This document shows, piece by piece, positions 28,234-38,692 of a DNA stretch of 64,000 nt. A model generated the notes under the pieces. The model saw only the letters and a program-made list of their open reading frames with translations, did no database searches and had not been told where the DNA came from. Positions within the stretch are counted from its first letter, which is position 1. Each line of letters begins with the position of its first letter. Origin of the DNA: Acidimicrobiia bacterium (lineage in GTDB: Bacteria > Actinomycetota > Acidimicrobiia > Spongiisociales > ZC4RG35); the NCBI GenBank assembly GCA_028284765.1, contig JANQRA010000002.1, forward strand, positions 179,832 through 243,831. Direction: 5' to 3'. The position numbers and the translations under genes are program-made.

Positions 28234-29357
28234 ATCGCGGGCCGGCCCTCGACCTCGCAACGTTCTCACAGGCGCTCCGTCAGCGAGGACTGTCCGTCAC
28301 ACCAGATCAGGTTGCTGACATGGGCCGAGCGTTTCGACTGATCGATCCGGCGTCGCGAGACCAGGTTCGTGATGCCCTCAGGTCGCTCTCGATCTCCGAC
28401 CCGGCGCAACGCGTCCCGTTCGAAGAGGAGTTCTACAGGTTCTTCGAGCATCTTTATCCGGCCGATGGCGATCCGAATCAGCCTTCCCGCCTGGCCCACA
28501 TGAGTGCTGTGAAGCCGGTAGTCGAGCAGGTAGATCCGGGCCTGGCCGACGGAGTTACCCGATCCCAGACCGGCGCGTCGACTCTCGAAACCCTGCAAAC
28601 GAGGGACTTCGCGGATCTCGATGCCGACCAGGCGGCCGAAGCGAAACGGATCGTCATGGCGATGAGCTGGCAACCGTCGGATTTCAGAACCCGAAGATGG
28701 GTGACCGACAGTCGAGGGCCATCCCCTGACTTGAGAAAGACGATCCAACGAACAGTGAGGCCCGATGGGGACCTGATACCCATCGTCCGCCAGAGCCGGC
28801 GCTTGAGGCAGCGACCGCTCGTGATGATCGCCGACATCTCAGGGTCGATGGAAAAGTACGCCGACATGTTTCTCGTCTTCGCCCATACGGCCCAGCGAAG
28901 GTTGGACCATGTTGAGGCATTCACGTTCTCAACCGAGCTCTCCCGGATCACCGACGACCTGAAGAGGAGAGATATCCAGTCCGCTCTTGCCGGTGTCAAC
29001 AAGACCGTTCACGACTGGTCCGGCGGCACCAAGATCGGTGAGGCTCTGGCCGAGTGGAATCGCCAGTGGAGCCGCAGGCTGGCTCGCGGGGGACCCATCG
29101 CCATGATTCTCTCCGATGGGTGGGACACCGGGGATGACGGGCTCCTGCGCACGGAAATGGCCCGGCTGAGTCGCTCAGTTCACAGAGTTCTCTGGCTCAA
29201 CCCGCTGGCCGCTCGCTCGGACTTCAGGCCGGCGACTCGGGGTATGCAGGCAGTGCTCCCACACGTAGACGAACTTCTCCCCGCGGCAAGCGTTCGTGAT
29301 CTGCGTGGAGTCGTCCGACTGCTCGACGAACTGAACCGATCTTCACACCGCGGCTAG
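28230..29357 (+). CDS. CoxE-like VWA domain protein
   Basis: DISGSM (MIDAS), [23 protein letters not shown]. Confidence 0.92.
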   Translation: MNRGPALDLATFSQALRQRGLSVTPDQVADMGRAFRLIDPASRDQVRDALRSLSISDPAQRVPFEEEFYRFFEHLYPADGDPNQPSRLAHMSAVKPVVEQVDPGLADGVTRSQTGASTLETLQTRDFADLDADQAAEAKRIVMAMSWQPSDFRTRRWVTDSRGPSPDLRKTIQRTVRPDGDLIPIVRQSRRLRQRPLVMIADISGSMEKYADMFLVFAHTAQRRLDHVEAFTFSTELSRITDDLKRRDIQSALAGVNKTVHDWSGGTKIGEALAEWNRQWSRRLARGGPIAMILSDGWDTGDDGLLRTEMARLSRSVHRVLWLNPLAARSDFRPATRGMQAVLPHVDELLPAASVRDLRGVVRLLDELNRSSHRG

Positions 29358-29367
29358 CGTTCGGGAC

Positions 29368-29676
29368 ATGAGGAGTCAGCTCGCACGCCGTAACGAGTGG
29401 GCAGAACAGGGCAAGAAAGTGGCAGTGGCCACTGTGATCAAGGTCCACGGCAGCGCCCCACGTCCGGAAGGATCGAAGTTCCTGGTCTCTTCCGAAGGCG
29501 ACATGGAAGGTTCGGTTAGTGGCGGGTGCGTCGAAAACGACGTCTTCCTCCACGCCCAGGAAGTGATTGAGACCGGCCGTGCCAAGACGGTCACATACGG
29601 GATCGCCGATGAAGACGCCTTCGAAGTCGGGATGTCTTGCGGCGGAACGATCGACGTCTTCATCGAGCCCTGGTGA
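29368..29676 (+). CDS. XdhC/CoxI N-terminal domain protein
   Basis: [38 protein letters not shown]. Confidence 0.9.
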   Translation: MRSQLARRNEWAEQGKKVAVATVIKVHGSAPRPEGSKFLVSSEGDMEGSVSGGCVENDVFLHAQEVIETGRAKTVTYGIADEDAFEVGMSCGGTIDVFIEPW

Positions 29677-30440
29677 CTGACGCTCTCACCGCCACACAGG
29701 AGATCCTCGACTCCGAGTCATTCGGATCAGTGATCACCTTCGTGGATGGTCCGCGAACCGGTGACAAGACGGTGCTTAATGAGTCCGGAGACGTGGTCGC
29801 CGGGGATGCCGTTCACGATGACATCATCAGCGACGCAATGCTGCTGATGGAGAACGAACAACACCGGACCGTCACCTATGGGAACGATTCCGTTTTCATC
29901 GAAACCCTGGCTCCCCCGCCGGACCTCTTGGTGTTCGGCGCAGTCCACATCGGACAGGCTCTCTGCTCATTTGGATCTCAAATGGGCTATCGCGTGACGG
30001 TTGTCGACTCTCGGGCTGCCTTCGCCACAGAAGAGAGATTCCCTGCAGCGCACCGAGTTCTGGTGGGCTGGCCGCGCGACCTGATGGACCAACTCACCTT
30101 TGATCGGCGAACGTGGGTTGTGGTCCTCTCGCATGATCCCCGTCATGAAACCCCACCGTTAGAGGCGGCACTCAAGTCCGATACCAGATACATCGGTGCC
30201 ATGGGTAGCCGTCGCACCCATGGTCAACGTGTCGAGAGGATGAAAGAGTTGGGATTCGATGACAGTGCGGTCGCCCGGATCCATTCACCCGTGGGCCTGG
30301 ATATCGGTGCCGAAAGCCCCCAAGAAGTGGCCGTCTCGATCCTCGCCGAAATGACTCTCGTGCGGTATGGAGCTGGTTCAGGAGTGTCATTGAAGGGCGT
30401 TGAGGGCCGCGTCCACAAACAGCGGCCTGAGGATTCCTAG
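29673..30440 (+). CDS. XdhC/CoxI C-terminal (Rossmann) domain protein
   Basis: [45 protein letters not shown] overlap. Confidence 0.9.
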   Translation: MTDALTATQEILDSESFGSVITFVDGPRTGDKTVLNESGDVVAGDAVHDDIISDAMLLMENEQHRTVTYGNDSVFIETLAPPPDLLVFGAVHIGQALCSFGSQMGYRVTVVDSRAAFATEERFPAAHRVLVGWPRDLMDQLTFDRRTWVVVLSHDPRHETPPLEAALKSDTRYIGAMGSRRTHGQRVERMKELGFDDSAVARIHSPVGLDIGAESPQEVAVSILAEMTLVRYGAGSGVSLKGVEGRVHKQRPEDS

Positions 30441-30847
30441 CCCACAGCTTGGAACAGGTCGACGACGTTCCCCTCCGGATCTGTCATGAACACGAATCGG
30501 AACGTGCCTCCGTTCGGTGCCACGAACTCGGTGATCTCGCCCCGGTAGGACCCGCCGGCTGCCGCCACGCACTCAGCGGCCTCCGCCACATCATCCACGT
30601 AGAAGGTGAGAACCCCGCCACCTGACTCGAGCCCGGTCCCGGTGATCAACTCGAGATTCGGTCCCTCCACCGCGCCTGGGAAGGACAGAATCGTGATTGT
30701 GATTTCTTCGTTGGTACCCGCACCCGAAGCTGCTGCTTGGTCGAGACTCACCGTCTGACGAACGACCTTGCAGCCAAGTCCCTCGACGTAGAACTGGGCG
30801 AGACGGTCGGGGTCGTCTGTGGCGAGCTTGACCTGAACAAACTGCAT
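30437..30847 (-). CDS. VOC/glyoxalase family protein
   Basis: DPDRLAQFY, LELI, FYVDDV, TDPEGNVVDL. Confidence 0.85.
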   Translation of the reverse strand: MQFVQVKLATDDPDRLAQFYVEGLGCKVVRQTVSLDQAAASGAGTNEEITITILSFPGAVEGPNLELITGTGLESGGGVLTFYVDDVAEAAECVAAAGGSYRGEITEFVAPNGGTFRFVFMTDPEGNVVDLFQAVG

Positions 30848-30872
30848 GCGCTGACCCTATAGCCTTGACTGG

Positions 30873-33458
30873 ATGCTCCTCGAACGCGATGACCTTCTCG
30901 CCGCTCTGAAGGAAGCCTTGGACAAAGCCGTCGAAGGCTCCGGACGAATGGCGCTCATCGCAGGAGAGGCTGGCTCAGGCAAGACCACTCTGGTGAAGGC
31001 CTTCATCGAATCATTGGACGATGCTGCCCTCATCATCACAGGTGCATGCGACCCACTGACTACGCCCAGGCCACTCAGCCCACTCCTCGATTTCGCGGCC
31101 AATGACGGCTCGGGCCTTGAAGGCCTCTTCGCACTCGAACACGACAACGTGACCATCTTTCACGAAGTGCTCGACAGACTGCGCCACTCGATACGACCTG
31201 TTGTGATGGTTATCGAGGACGCCCATTGGGCGGATCAGGCGACCTTGGACTTCATTCGATTCGTCGGACGGCGGGTCGCTGACTCCAAAGCCCTCGTTCT
31301 CGTCACCTACCGGGACGATGAAGTAGGACCCGATCACCCCCTCCGCTCGGTGTTAGGGCAGTTGATTCCACTTACATCAACTCAGCGACTGCACGTGCCC
31401 CTTCTAACAGTCGATGCCGTCACAACCTTGGCGGGAGATTCCGGCACAAGTCCGTCGGACCTCTTCCGGCTGACAGACGGCAACCCGTTCTACGTGACGG
31501 AGATCTTGGCCGCGGGCGAGAGCCTCCCCTCCTCTGTACAGGATGCTGTGGTTGGACGGGTGGCACGTCTCGAAGACGGTCCCCGGAAAGTGGTCGATGC
31601 GGTCTCTATCGCGCCCCGGTCTCTCGACATCGAGTACGCCTCTCTCCTCGCTTCCGGTCGAATGGACGATGTGGACATCGCCGTCGGCTCAGGTGTCCTG
31701 GAAAGCGACGGAAGAGAACTCCGATTCCGCCACGAACTTGCCCGCTCGGCGGTTGAAACCTCGATGCCCCCTGGTCGCCGTCACGGGCTCCATCGAACCA
31801 TGATCGGGCTCCTCAAAGAGGAAGACCCCACAGATCACGCCCGGCTAGCCCACCACGCCATAAAGGCGGAGCAGCCGGACCTGATTGCCGAACACGCGCT
31901 GGTAGCTGCGGAAGAGGCGAAGCAGCGTGGTGCGGTGCGCGAAGAGGTGGCGTTCTCGATGGCAGCCCTGGAGGTTGCCGACCTGATAGACGAACGCGAA
32001 GTTGCGGACATGCGCATGAGGGCTGCCGAGAGTCTCTATGTGCTGGATCTGATCGAACCCGCCTTGGACCAGGTCAAGTTGGCATTGGAGTGGTATCAGC
32101 GGGAAGGGCTCGTCGAACAACAGGCAGAGGCTCATCGACGGATGAGCACGTTGCACTTGGGGACTGGTCAGGTCGAGAAGTCGCTCGCCGAGTCACAACA
32201 ATCCGTCGACCTGCTCGAGAGCGTTTCGGATGCATCATCGAACAGTCTCGCAACGGCCACTGCGACTCTGGCACACCACTACATGCTGCGTCGGGATGCG
32301 ACCCACGGTCTCCCAATTGCAGAGAAGGCCATGGAATACGCGACCACAGCCAACTCCGAGACCACCACGTTGTCGGTCAAGCACACGATGGCTTGTCTCG
32401 AGCTCATAGCCGGACGACTCGACGATGGCTTCACTCACCTACGCGAGGTCGTCGATCAGGCCCGCGAGTCTGACCGCCGTCTCCACACCTCTGCCATCAC
32501 GAATCTCGGCTCCGGTGCCGGGGAGATGCGACGCTACGACCTGGCCAAAGAAGCTCTCGAAGAGGCAGTCGCGTGGGGTGAGAGCCACGACATGGATGGT
32601 GGCGTCCGCTACGCCAGATCCTGGCAAGCTCGCGTCGCGTTCGAGCAGGGCAGGTGGGAAGACTCGGTCCGCTTCGCCGAGCCAGTCATCAACACTGAGT
32701 TGAACCCCGCCAGCTACTCGGTGCTAACCGCCAAGGGAGTTTTGGGCAGGGTCAGGGTCAGACGCGGCGACCCGGGCGGAAAAGAGTTCCTCGAAGCGAC
32801 ACTTGAAGACTCGGAAGGACATCACCTTCAGCACCGCTGGTCGCCGGCGAGCGGCCTGGCCGAGTATCACTGGCTTCGCGGGGACAACGACTCCATGGTC
32901 GAGGGCCTCCAATCGATGTTCGACGCTGCTCTTGTGGCAGACAGTCCGTGGGCCCGCGGCGAGCTGGGCTACTGGATGTGGAAAGCCGGCGCAATCGCCA
33001 AGCCGCCAGCGGATGCGGCAGCGCCGTTCGCTCATCAGATTTTGGGAAACTGGCAGCAAGCGGCTGACGCCTGGAGCGAAATCGGATGTCCGTATGAGGT
33101 GGCTCTTGCCTTGTACGAGGGCGGGGAGGTGACCTCGATGCTCGAAGCGCTCAAGATCTTCGACTCGCTGGGAGCAAAACCGATGAGTGATCGCACTCGA
33201 GCAGAACTCCGCAACTCCGGCATGGAGTCGGTACCGAGAGGCCCGTCACTTTCGACTCGACAAAACCTCGCAGGTTTGACCAACCGCCAAATGGAGGTTC
33301 TGAGTTTGATTGGTCGCGGTTTCACCAACAGCGAAATCGGCAAGGAGCTCTTCATCTCGAAGAAGACAGTGGAGCACCACGTCTCTGCCATTCTCACCAA
33401 GCTTGGGGCAGGGAGCCGGGAAGAGGCCGCCGCAACGCTGGAGAAAATGGGGGCGTAG
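30873..33458 (+). CDS. AAA ATPase / TPR / LuxR HTH regulator (LAL/STAND type)
   Basis: GEAGSGKT, IEDAHWAD, TDGNPFYV, FRHEL, C-terminal LTNRQMEVL...LFISKKTVEHHVSAILTKLG. Confidence 0.92.
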   Translation: MLLERDDLLAALKEALDKAVEGSGRMALIAGEAGSGKTTLVKAFIESLDDAALIITGACDPLTTPRPLSPLLDFAANDGSGLEGLFALEHDNVTIFHEVLDRLRHSIRPVVMVIEDAHWADQATLDFIRFVGRRVADSKALVLVTYRDDEVGPDHPLRSVLGQLIPLTSTQRLHVPLLTVDAVTTLAGDSGTSPSDLFRLTDGNPFYVTEILAAGESLPSSVQDAVVGRVARLEDGPRKVVDAVSIAPRSLDIEYASLLASGRMDDVDIAVGSGVLESDGRELRFRHELARSAVETSMPPGRRHGLHRTMIGLLKEEDPTDHARLAHHAIKAEQPDLIAEHALVAAEEAKQRGAVREEVAFSMAALEVADLIDEREVADMRMRAAESLYVLDLIEPALDQVKLALEWYQREGLVEQQAEAHRRMSTLHLGTGQVEKSLAESQQSVDLLESVSDASSNSLATATATLAHHYMLRRDATHGLPIAEKAMEYATTANSETTTLSVKHTMACLELIAGRLDDGFTHLREVVDQARESDRRLHTSAITNLGSGAGEMRRYDLAKEALEEAVAWGESHDMDGGVRYARSWQARVAFEQGRWEDSVRFAEPVINTELNPASYSVLTAKGVLGRVRVRRGDPGGKEFLEATLEDSEGHHLQHRWSPASGLAEYHWLRGDNDSMVEGLQSMFDAALVADSPWARGELGYWMWKAGAIAKPPADAAAPFAHQILGNWQQAADAWSEIGCPYEVALALYEGGEVTSMLEALKIFDSLGAKPMSDRTRAELRNSGMESVPRGPSLSTRQNLAGLTNRQMEVLSLIGRGFTNSEIGKELFISKKTVEHHVSAILTKLGAGSREEAAATLEKMGA

Positions 33459-33486
33459 AGACAACTTCTAGGGGTGGCACCCCGAT
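33447..33486 (+). promoter_or_regulatory. G-rich direct/inverted repeats, candidate operator for the LAL regulator
   Basis: ATGGGGG and CTAGGGG 21 nt apart, then the palindrome GGGGTG-G-CACCCC; TACCTT -10 near 33508. Confidence 0.5.
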
Positions 33487-33553
33487 GTCAGCTCACAGCC
33501 CCTTTCGTACCTTCACCAACAGGTCGGAAGTGCCGGCTAAGAAGGAGAACGAA

Positions 33554-33832
33554 ATGCCCCGCTATATGGTCGAACGTGACTTCCCGAACGGTCTCGAGAT
33601 TCCGACAACGCAGGATGGAAGAGCCGCCATGCTCGGCGTCGTCAACAACAACGCCACTGAGCAGGTGACCTGGGTCCAGTCGTTCGTGTCCGGCGACAAG
33701 ACCAAGACCTTCTGTGTCTACGACGGGCCGACGCCTGAGTCGATCCGCAGGGCCGCCGGACTCAGTGAGCTTCCCATCGACCAGATCACAGAGATCAGCG
33801 TCCTCGACCCGTACTTCTACGTCGGAGCCTGA
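33554..33832 (+). CDS. DUF4242 family protein (SCO4226-like)
   Basis: MPRYMVER.FP, VTWVQSFVS.DK.KTFCVYDGP.PE.IR, VLDPYFY; SD AAGGAG. Confidence 0.85.
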   Translation: MPRYMVERDFPNGLEIPTTQDGRAAMLGVVNNNATEQVTWVQSFVSGDKTKTFCVYDGPTPESIRRAAGLSELPIDQITEISVLDPYFYVGA

Positions 33833-33840
33833 GCCACCCC

Positions 33841-33889
33841 GAACCTGGGGTTCCAGCCTGCGCTATCCGTAGGCAGGAACCCTGGGTTT
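33841..33889. repeat. 49-bp palindromic REP-like element, copy 2 (followed by T-tract; may terminate transcription)
   Basis: GAACCTGGGGTTCCAGCCTGCGCTATCCGTAGGCAGGAACCCTGGGTTT then GCTTTTT. Confidence 0.8.
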
Positions 33890-33910
33890 GCTTTTTGTCG
33901 TTATGGGGGA

Positions 33911-35320
33911 ATGGGAAGGCGCAACGGATGCTCGTCGATCGGTGCAGCCATTCGATCGTTCTTCATCCCCGGGTGGGGTCAGGTGGCCACCAACCGACCC
34001 GTGCTTGGCCGGGTCTTCTTGTTCCTCACTGGGCTCGTTGGTGTGGCAGCTCTAACGGTATTCCTGTTCGTGCCGCGAATCGAGATCGCAAGCTGGATCG
34101 CAAACCCCGACATCCTCCTACTCATCGTTCTACTCAATCTCGGATTCGCCGTCTTGCGGCTCAGCTCAACAGAGATGGCTTGGAGAGACAGTGGTGGGCG
34201 AGGTTGGGTCGTCGCGGTGGCCCTGGCAGTCCTCATTGCGATCCCCCACGCGGCCATTGCGTGGGTCGGGCTCGAGACACGCACATCGCTGATGACCGTG
34301 TTCGCAGAGGAAGTAGCCGAGGCCGCAACCACCTCCACAACTTCGACGAGCACAACGACCACGACAACGACGCTCCCCCTCGAACTCAGCCCCATCACCA
34401 CTCTTCCCGGTCAACTCGGTGATGATGAGATCGAGGCCGACAAGGCTCCACCGTGGCGACCATTCGGACAGGACCGTCTCAACATCCTCATCCTCGGTGG
34501 CGACGCCGGCCCTGGGAGAGGTGGTGTGAGAACCGACACGATCATGGTGGCCTCCATCGATCCGATTACCGGTGACGCGGCTCTTCTCGGGCTTCCACGG
34601 AACTATGGGGGTTTGCACTTCACCGATGGTGAGGCGATCCCGGTACGCCGACTCAACCATGTCTTTGGGTATGGCGAAAGGCACGCAGACCGGTTCGGCG
34701 AGACCAATCCAGGGGCAGAGGCAACCAAGAACGCGGTGGAGAACATCACTGGACTGGAGATCGACCACCACGTGATGGTTGACCTGACTGGCTTCGCCGA
34801 TGTGATCGACGTGTTCGGGGGCGTCACCCTCGACATCCCGGTCGCCGTCGACGGACCGCTGTACGACACCGTCACCGGCACTTACGAAATGGTCGAGATA
34901 CGCCCTGGCACTAGAAAGCTCGACGGCGATCATGCGTTGGCTTACGCACGCGCTCGCATCGGGTCGAGTGACTACGTGCGCATGGGCAGACAGCGTTGCA
35001 TCCTTACCGCACTTGCCCGACAGACCAACCCTCTTTCGATTCTGGCGAACTTCAGCTCCGTACTCGATGTGTTCGAGTCGAACATCACCACCGACATTCC
35101 GATCGACACCCTCCCTGACATGGTCCAACTCATGCTCCGCGTATCTGCCGATCAGATCAGGGTCACGGGATTCGACGCCACATGGAGAGCCGGATTCACA
35201 GCGGACGCACATCCCATCCCCGATGTGCCTCGAATTCGAGAAGCAGTCCGACAGATGATCGAGGAGCCATCCCAGGCAACGGCCATAGACATCACCACTG
35301 CGGAAGAAGCCTGCGGTTGA
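33911..35320 (+). CDS. LCP (LytR-CpsA-Psr) family cell-wall glycopolymer ligase with multi-TM N-terminus
   Basis: NILILGGD, RTDTIMVASID, GLPRN, ALAYARAR, DYVRMGRQRC. Confidence 0.92.
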   Translation: MGRRNGCSSIGAAIRSFFIPGWGQVATNRPVLGRVFLFLTGLVGVAALTVFLFVPRIEIASWIANPDILLLIVLLNLGFAVLRLSSTEMAWRDSGGRGWVVAVALAVLIAIPHAAIAWVGLETRTSLMTVFAEEVAEAATTSTTSTSTTTTTTTLPLELSPITTLPGQLGDDEIEADKAPPWRPFGQDRLNILILGGDAGPGRGGVRTDTIMVASIDPITGDAALLGLPRNYGGLHFTDGEAIPVRRLNHVFGYGERHADRFGETNPGAEATKNAVENITGLEIDHHVMVDLTGFADVIDVFGGVTLDIPVAVDGPLYDTVTGTYEMVEIRPGTRKLDGDHALAYARARIGSSDYVRMGRQRCILTALARQTNPLSILANFSSVLDVFESNITTDIPIDTLPDMVQLMLRVSADQIRVTGFDATWRAGFTADAHPIPDVPRIREAVRQMIEEPSQATAIDITTAEEACG

Positions 35321-35335
35321 CCTAGCCTGAAGCCC

Positions 35336-38047
35336 GTGACGATCACGAACGACGAGAGTCTTCGGCACGACATACGCCGTTTGGGCAACCAACTCGGAGA
35401 CGCGCTCGTGCGACAGCACGGGCAGGAGCTTCTCGACCTCGTCGAACGAGTCAGGGCCATGGGAAAATCCGCTCGGCGCGGAGGGCACACCGGGGCCGCC
35501 ACCGAACTGAACCAACTGTTGGGCACTCTCTCGACAGAGGACGTCATTCCGCTGGTCAGGGCGTTCACGACCTACTTCTATCTGGCGAACGTCACCGAAC
35601 AAGTTCACCGAATCGACGAGATGGCTGCCGATGAGCGCTATCTCCACTCAACGGTCGACCGAATCCTCGAGGCCGACCTCGAACAAGATCTCGTCAACGA
35701 AGTCATCGAGCGATTTGAGATGCGACCTGTGTTCACCGCTCATCCGACCGAAGCAGCCCGTAGGAGCATCCTCAACAAACGAAGCGATATTGCGCGACTC
35801 CTTAGAACCCGCTCCGAGACTGACAATCCCAACCGAATCCAGATGATTGACAGACGAAGCGCCGAGCTGATCGACCAGATCTGGCAGACGGACGAGCTGA
35901 GGACCGACCGGCCGACGGTGGTAGACGAGGCACGATCGGCGCTCTACTACCTGATTGGCCTCGCTGAAGAGGTCCTCGACGAGATCAACGAAGTCATCAT
36001 CAGCGAGCTGAAGCGTCTCGCGCCGGACGCAACTCCTGAGCCCCTTCGATTCGGGACGTGGGTTGGTGGCGATCGGGACGGCAACCCCGGTGTGACTCCC
36101 GCCACGACTCTCGAAACCCTCGCCCTTCAACATGACCGGGGACTCACCCTCCTCATCGAGCTGATGGAACGCCTCTCCGAGGAGCTTTCAATGTCGGGCG
36201 ATCTGACCAGCCCCAGCTCCGACCTGCTCGAATCCCTCGAGCCCGACAAGGCGAGCCTTCCTGAGGTGTGGCAGCGTGAACAAAGGCGCACCGCCGATTC
36301 TCCATATCGCCTCAAGTGCTCCTTCATCCATGCCCGACTCATCAACACCAAGGCAAGAATCCGCGCCGCATCCCAACACGTTCCTGGTCTGGACTACGCC
36401 CACCCCGATGAGATGGTGCGAGAGCTGGACCTCATGGCTGACTCGCTCCGCCAATCGCGGGGCTCGCTCATCGCCAACGGTGCGGTGGAACGAGTTAGGC
36501 GTATGGCCACTCTGATGGGATTCCAGCTGGCGATCATGGATATCCGGCAGCACTCGGCACGCCATACCGAGAGCGTTGACGAGCTATTTGCGAACGTTGG
36601 CATCGATCTCTCGGCCATGGGTGGGGCGCAACGTCTCCGCACCTTGGTCGCCGAGCTCGAAGGCACACGTCCGCTGTCTGGGCCCACCACTGAGTTGAGC
36701 CCCTCCGCGTCGGAGACTCTCGACACGTTCTCAGCGATCGCGCGCGCCAAGAGCCTCTACGGAGAACAGGTCATCGAGAGCTACATCATCTCAATGACCG
36801 AGTCTCCGACACATGTCATCGAAGCGGCCGTCCTCGCCCGTGAAGCCGGACTCATTGATCTACGCCGGGAAAGTGCCCGGATCGGAATCGTGCCACTTGT
36901 TGAAACAATCGATGACTTGCGTCGTTCAGGGGGACTTCTGGATGCATTGCTTCACGAGAAGTCGTACCGAAAGATCGTCGAGCTTCGCGGGGACGTTCAG
37001 GAAGTGATGCTCGGATACTCCGACTCGAACAAGGTCGGAGGTATCACCGCATCGCAGTGGGAGATATACAAAGCACAACGCGCGATGCGCAACGTCGCCG
37101 AGAAACATGGAGTCAAACTGCGACTGTTCCATGGCCGTGGCGGGACGATTGGCCGTGGCGGTGGGCCCACACACGCCGCCATTCTCGCTCAGCCCTTCGG
37201 GACCGTCGATGGCGCTATCAAACTGACCGAGCAGGGCGAGGTCATATCGGACAAGTACGGCAACCCCGAGATCGCGACTCGGAATCTGGAACTCATGGCA
37301 GCCTCGGTCCTCGAGAGCTCCCTTCTGCATCGCCAGTCGAGACGATCTGAGTCAACGCTCAAACAGTGGACCGAGGCGATGGATTGTTTCGCATCCGCTG
37401 CCTACGACGCCTATCGAGAACTGGCGTCGGATCCGAGCTTGGTGACGTACTTCCTCTCATCCACCCCTGTCGAGGAGCTGGGGAAGATGAACATCGGGAG
37501 TCGGCCATCTCGACGTCCCGGCGGCGTTGGAGGTGTTGAGGATCTCAGGGCAATCCCCTGGGTCTTTGGCTGGACCCAGACCAGACAGATCGTTCCCGGG
37601 TGGTACGGGGTCGGCTCCGGACTGGCCGGAGCGATCGAGGCTGGGTTTGGGGACACGATGCGTGAGATGGCCCAAGAGTGGAGCTTCCTTCGAACCTTCA
37701 TCTCGAATATCGAAATGACTCTCTCCAAAACCGACCTCGACATCTCGAGTGCCTATGTCGAAGATCTCGTCGAGCCCGAGCACAGACATCTCCTCGACAA
37801 GATCAGAAGTGAGTACGAGACGACTGTGGAACAGATTCTCTCGCTCCGGAACACGGGAGCACTGCTCGACGATTCACCACTCCTACGAAGAACTCTCGAA
37901 GTGCGCGATATCTACCTGGATCCAATCAACTACCTGCAGGTGAGTCTCCTGGCGAGGAGTCGGGCAGGCGAGCAGTCCCCAGAGCTAGACCGGGCGCTTC
38001 TCCTGACCGTCAATGGGATAGCGGCTGGAATGCGCAACACCGGCTGA
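35336..38047 (+). CDS. ppc: Phosphoenolpyruvate carboxylase
   Basis: VFTAHPTE, WVGGDRDGNP, MLGYSDSNK, FHGRGGTIGRGGGP, LRAIPW, GMRNTG. Confidence 0.98.
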   Translation: MTITNDESLRHDIRRLGNQLGDALVRQHGQELLDLVERVRAMGKSARRGGHTGAATELNQLLGTLSTEDVIPLVRAFTTYFYLANVTEQVHRIDEMAADERYLHSTVDRILEADLEQDLVNEVIERFEMRPVFTAHPTEAARRSILNKRSDIARLLRTRSETDNPNRIQMIDRRSAELIDQIWQTDELRTDRPTVVDEARSALYYLIGLAEEVLDEINEVIISELKRLAPDATPEPLRFGTWVGGDRDGNPGVTPATTLETLALQHDRGLTLLIELMERLSEELSMSGDLTSPSSDLLESLEPDKASLPEVWQREQRRTADSPYRLKCSFIHARLINTKARIRAASQHVPGLDYAHPDEMVRELDLMADSLRQSRGSLIANGAVERVRRMATLMGFQLAIMDIRQHSARHTESVDELFANVGIDLSAMGGAQRLRTLVAELEGTRPLSGPTTELSPSASETLDTFSAIARAKSLYGEQVIESYIISMTESPTHVIEAAVLAREAGLIDLRRESARIGIVPLVETIDDLRRSGGLLDALLHEKSYRKIVELRGDVQEVMLGYSDSNKVGGITASQWEIYKAQRAMRNVAEKHGVKLRLFHGRGGTIGRGGGPTHAAILAQPFGTVDGAIKLTEQGEVISDKYGNPEIATRNLELMAASVLESSLLHRQSRRSESTLKQWTEAMDCFASAAYDAYRELASDPSLVTYFLSSTPVEELGKMNIGSRPSRRPGGVGGVEDLRAIPWVFGWTQTRQIVPGWYGVGSGLAGAIEAGFGDTMREMAQEWSFLRTFISNIEMTLSKTDLDISSAYVEDLVEPEHRHLLDKIRSEYETTVEQILSLRNTGALLDDSPLLRRTLEVRDIYLDPINYLQVSLLARSRAGEQSPELDRALLLTVNGIAAGMRNTG

Positions 38048-38070
38048 GCACAGGACCGTAAGGTCAGGCC

Positions 38071-38691
38071 ATGCCCATCACGATCCTCGACCACCCTCTC
38101 GCGGCTGACCTGCTGACCGTCCTCAGAGACAAAGACACCTCTCCTGCTCGATTCCGCCAACATGCCGAACGACTTGGCTACTTCCTCGTTGCCGAGGCGA
38201 TCTCCGACATGCCCACGGACGAGGTCGCTTTGGAAACTCCACTCGAGCCGACCACTGGAACGATGCTGCATCGACCGATCGTTGCGGTCGCAGTGCTCAG
38301 GGCTGGGCTCGGGCTACTGCAATCAGTTCTGACCTTGGTACCGGACGCAACGATTGGCTTCGCCGGGGTCCAGCGAAACGAGGACACCGCTGAGCCGATC
38401 GAGTACTACACCAAGTTTCCGGAGCTTTCCGCCGCTCGGGTGATCATCCTCGAGCCGATGCTGGCGACCGGCGGGTCTCTCTCGTGGGCAATCGACAAGG
38501 TCAAGGAGAACGGGGCCAAAGACATTGTCTGCTGCTGTGTGGTGGCCGCACCTGAAGGTGTCGGTGTGATCGAAGAGTCACACCCAGACGTCAGGGTGGT
38601 TGCTGCAGCCCTCGACCGGGAGTTGGACCCCAACTTCTACATCGCTCCCGGACTTGGAGACATGGGAGATCGACTCTTCGGGACGCTATGA
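38071..38691 (+). CDS. upp: Uracil phosphoribosyltransferase
   Basis: VLRAGLG, RNE.T, EPMLATGGS, PGLGDMGDRLFGT. Confidence 0.97.
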   Translation: MPITILDHPLAADLLTVLRDKDTSPARFRQHAERLGYFLVAEAISDMPTDEVALETPLEPTTGTMLHRPIVAVAVLRAGLGLLQSVLTLVPDATIGFAGVQRNEDTAEPIEYYTKFPELSAARVIILEPMLATGGSLSWAIDKVKENGAKDIVCCCVVAAPEGVGVIEESHPDVRVVAAALDRELDPNFYIAPGLGDMGDRLFGTL

Positions 38692-38692
38692 A

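Noticed and set aside
29368..30440. Split xdhC as a frameshift pseudogene
   Set aside because: Clean GTGA overlap at a domain boundary; two-gene XdhC arrangements are plausible natural forms.
34320..34380. ACN-rich tandem-like sequence (also 46040-46140)
   Set aside because: Encodes Thr-rich protein linkers; not a DNA repeat element.
34166..35647. 493-aa minus-strand ORF
   Set aside because: Antisense to the well-supported LCP and ppc genes.
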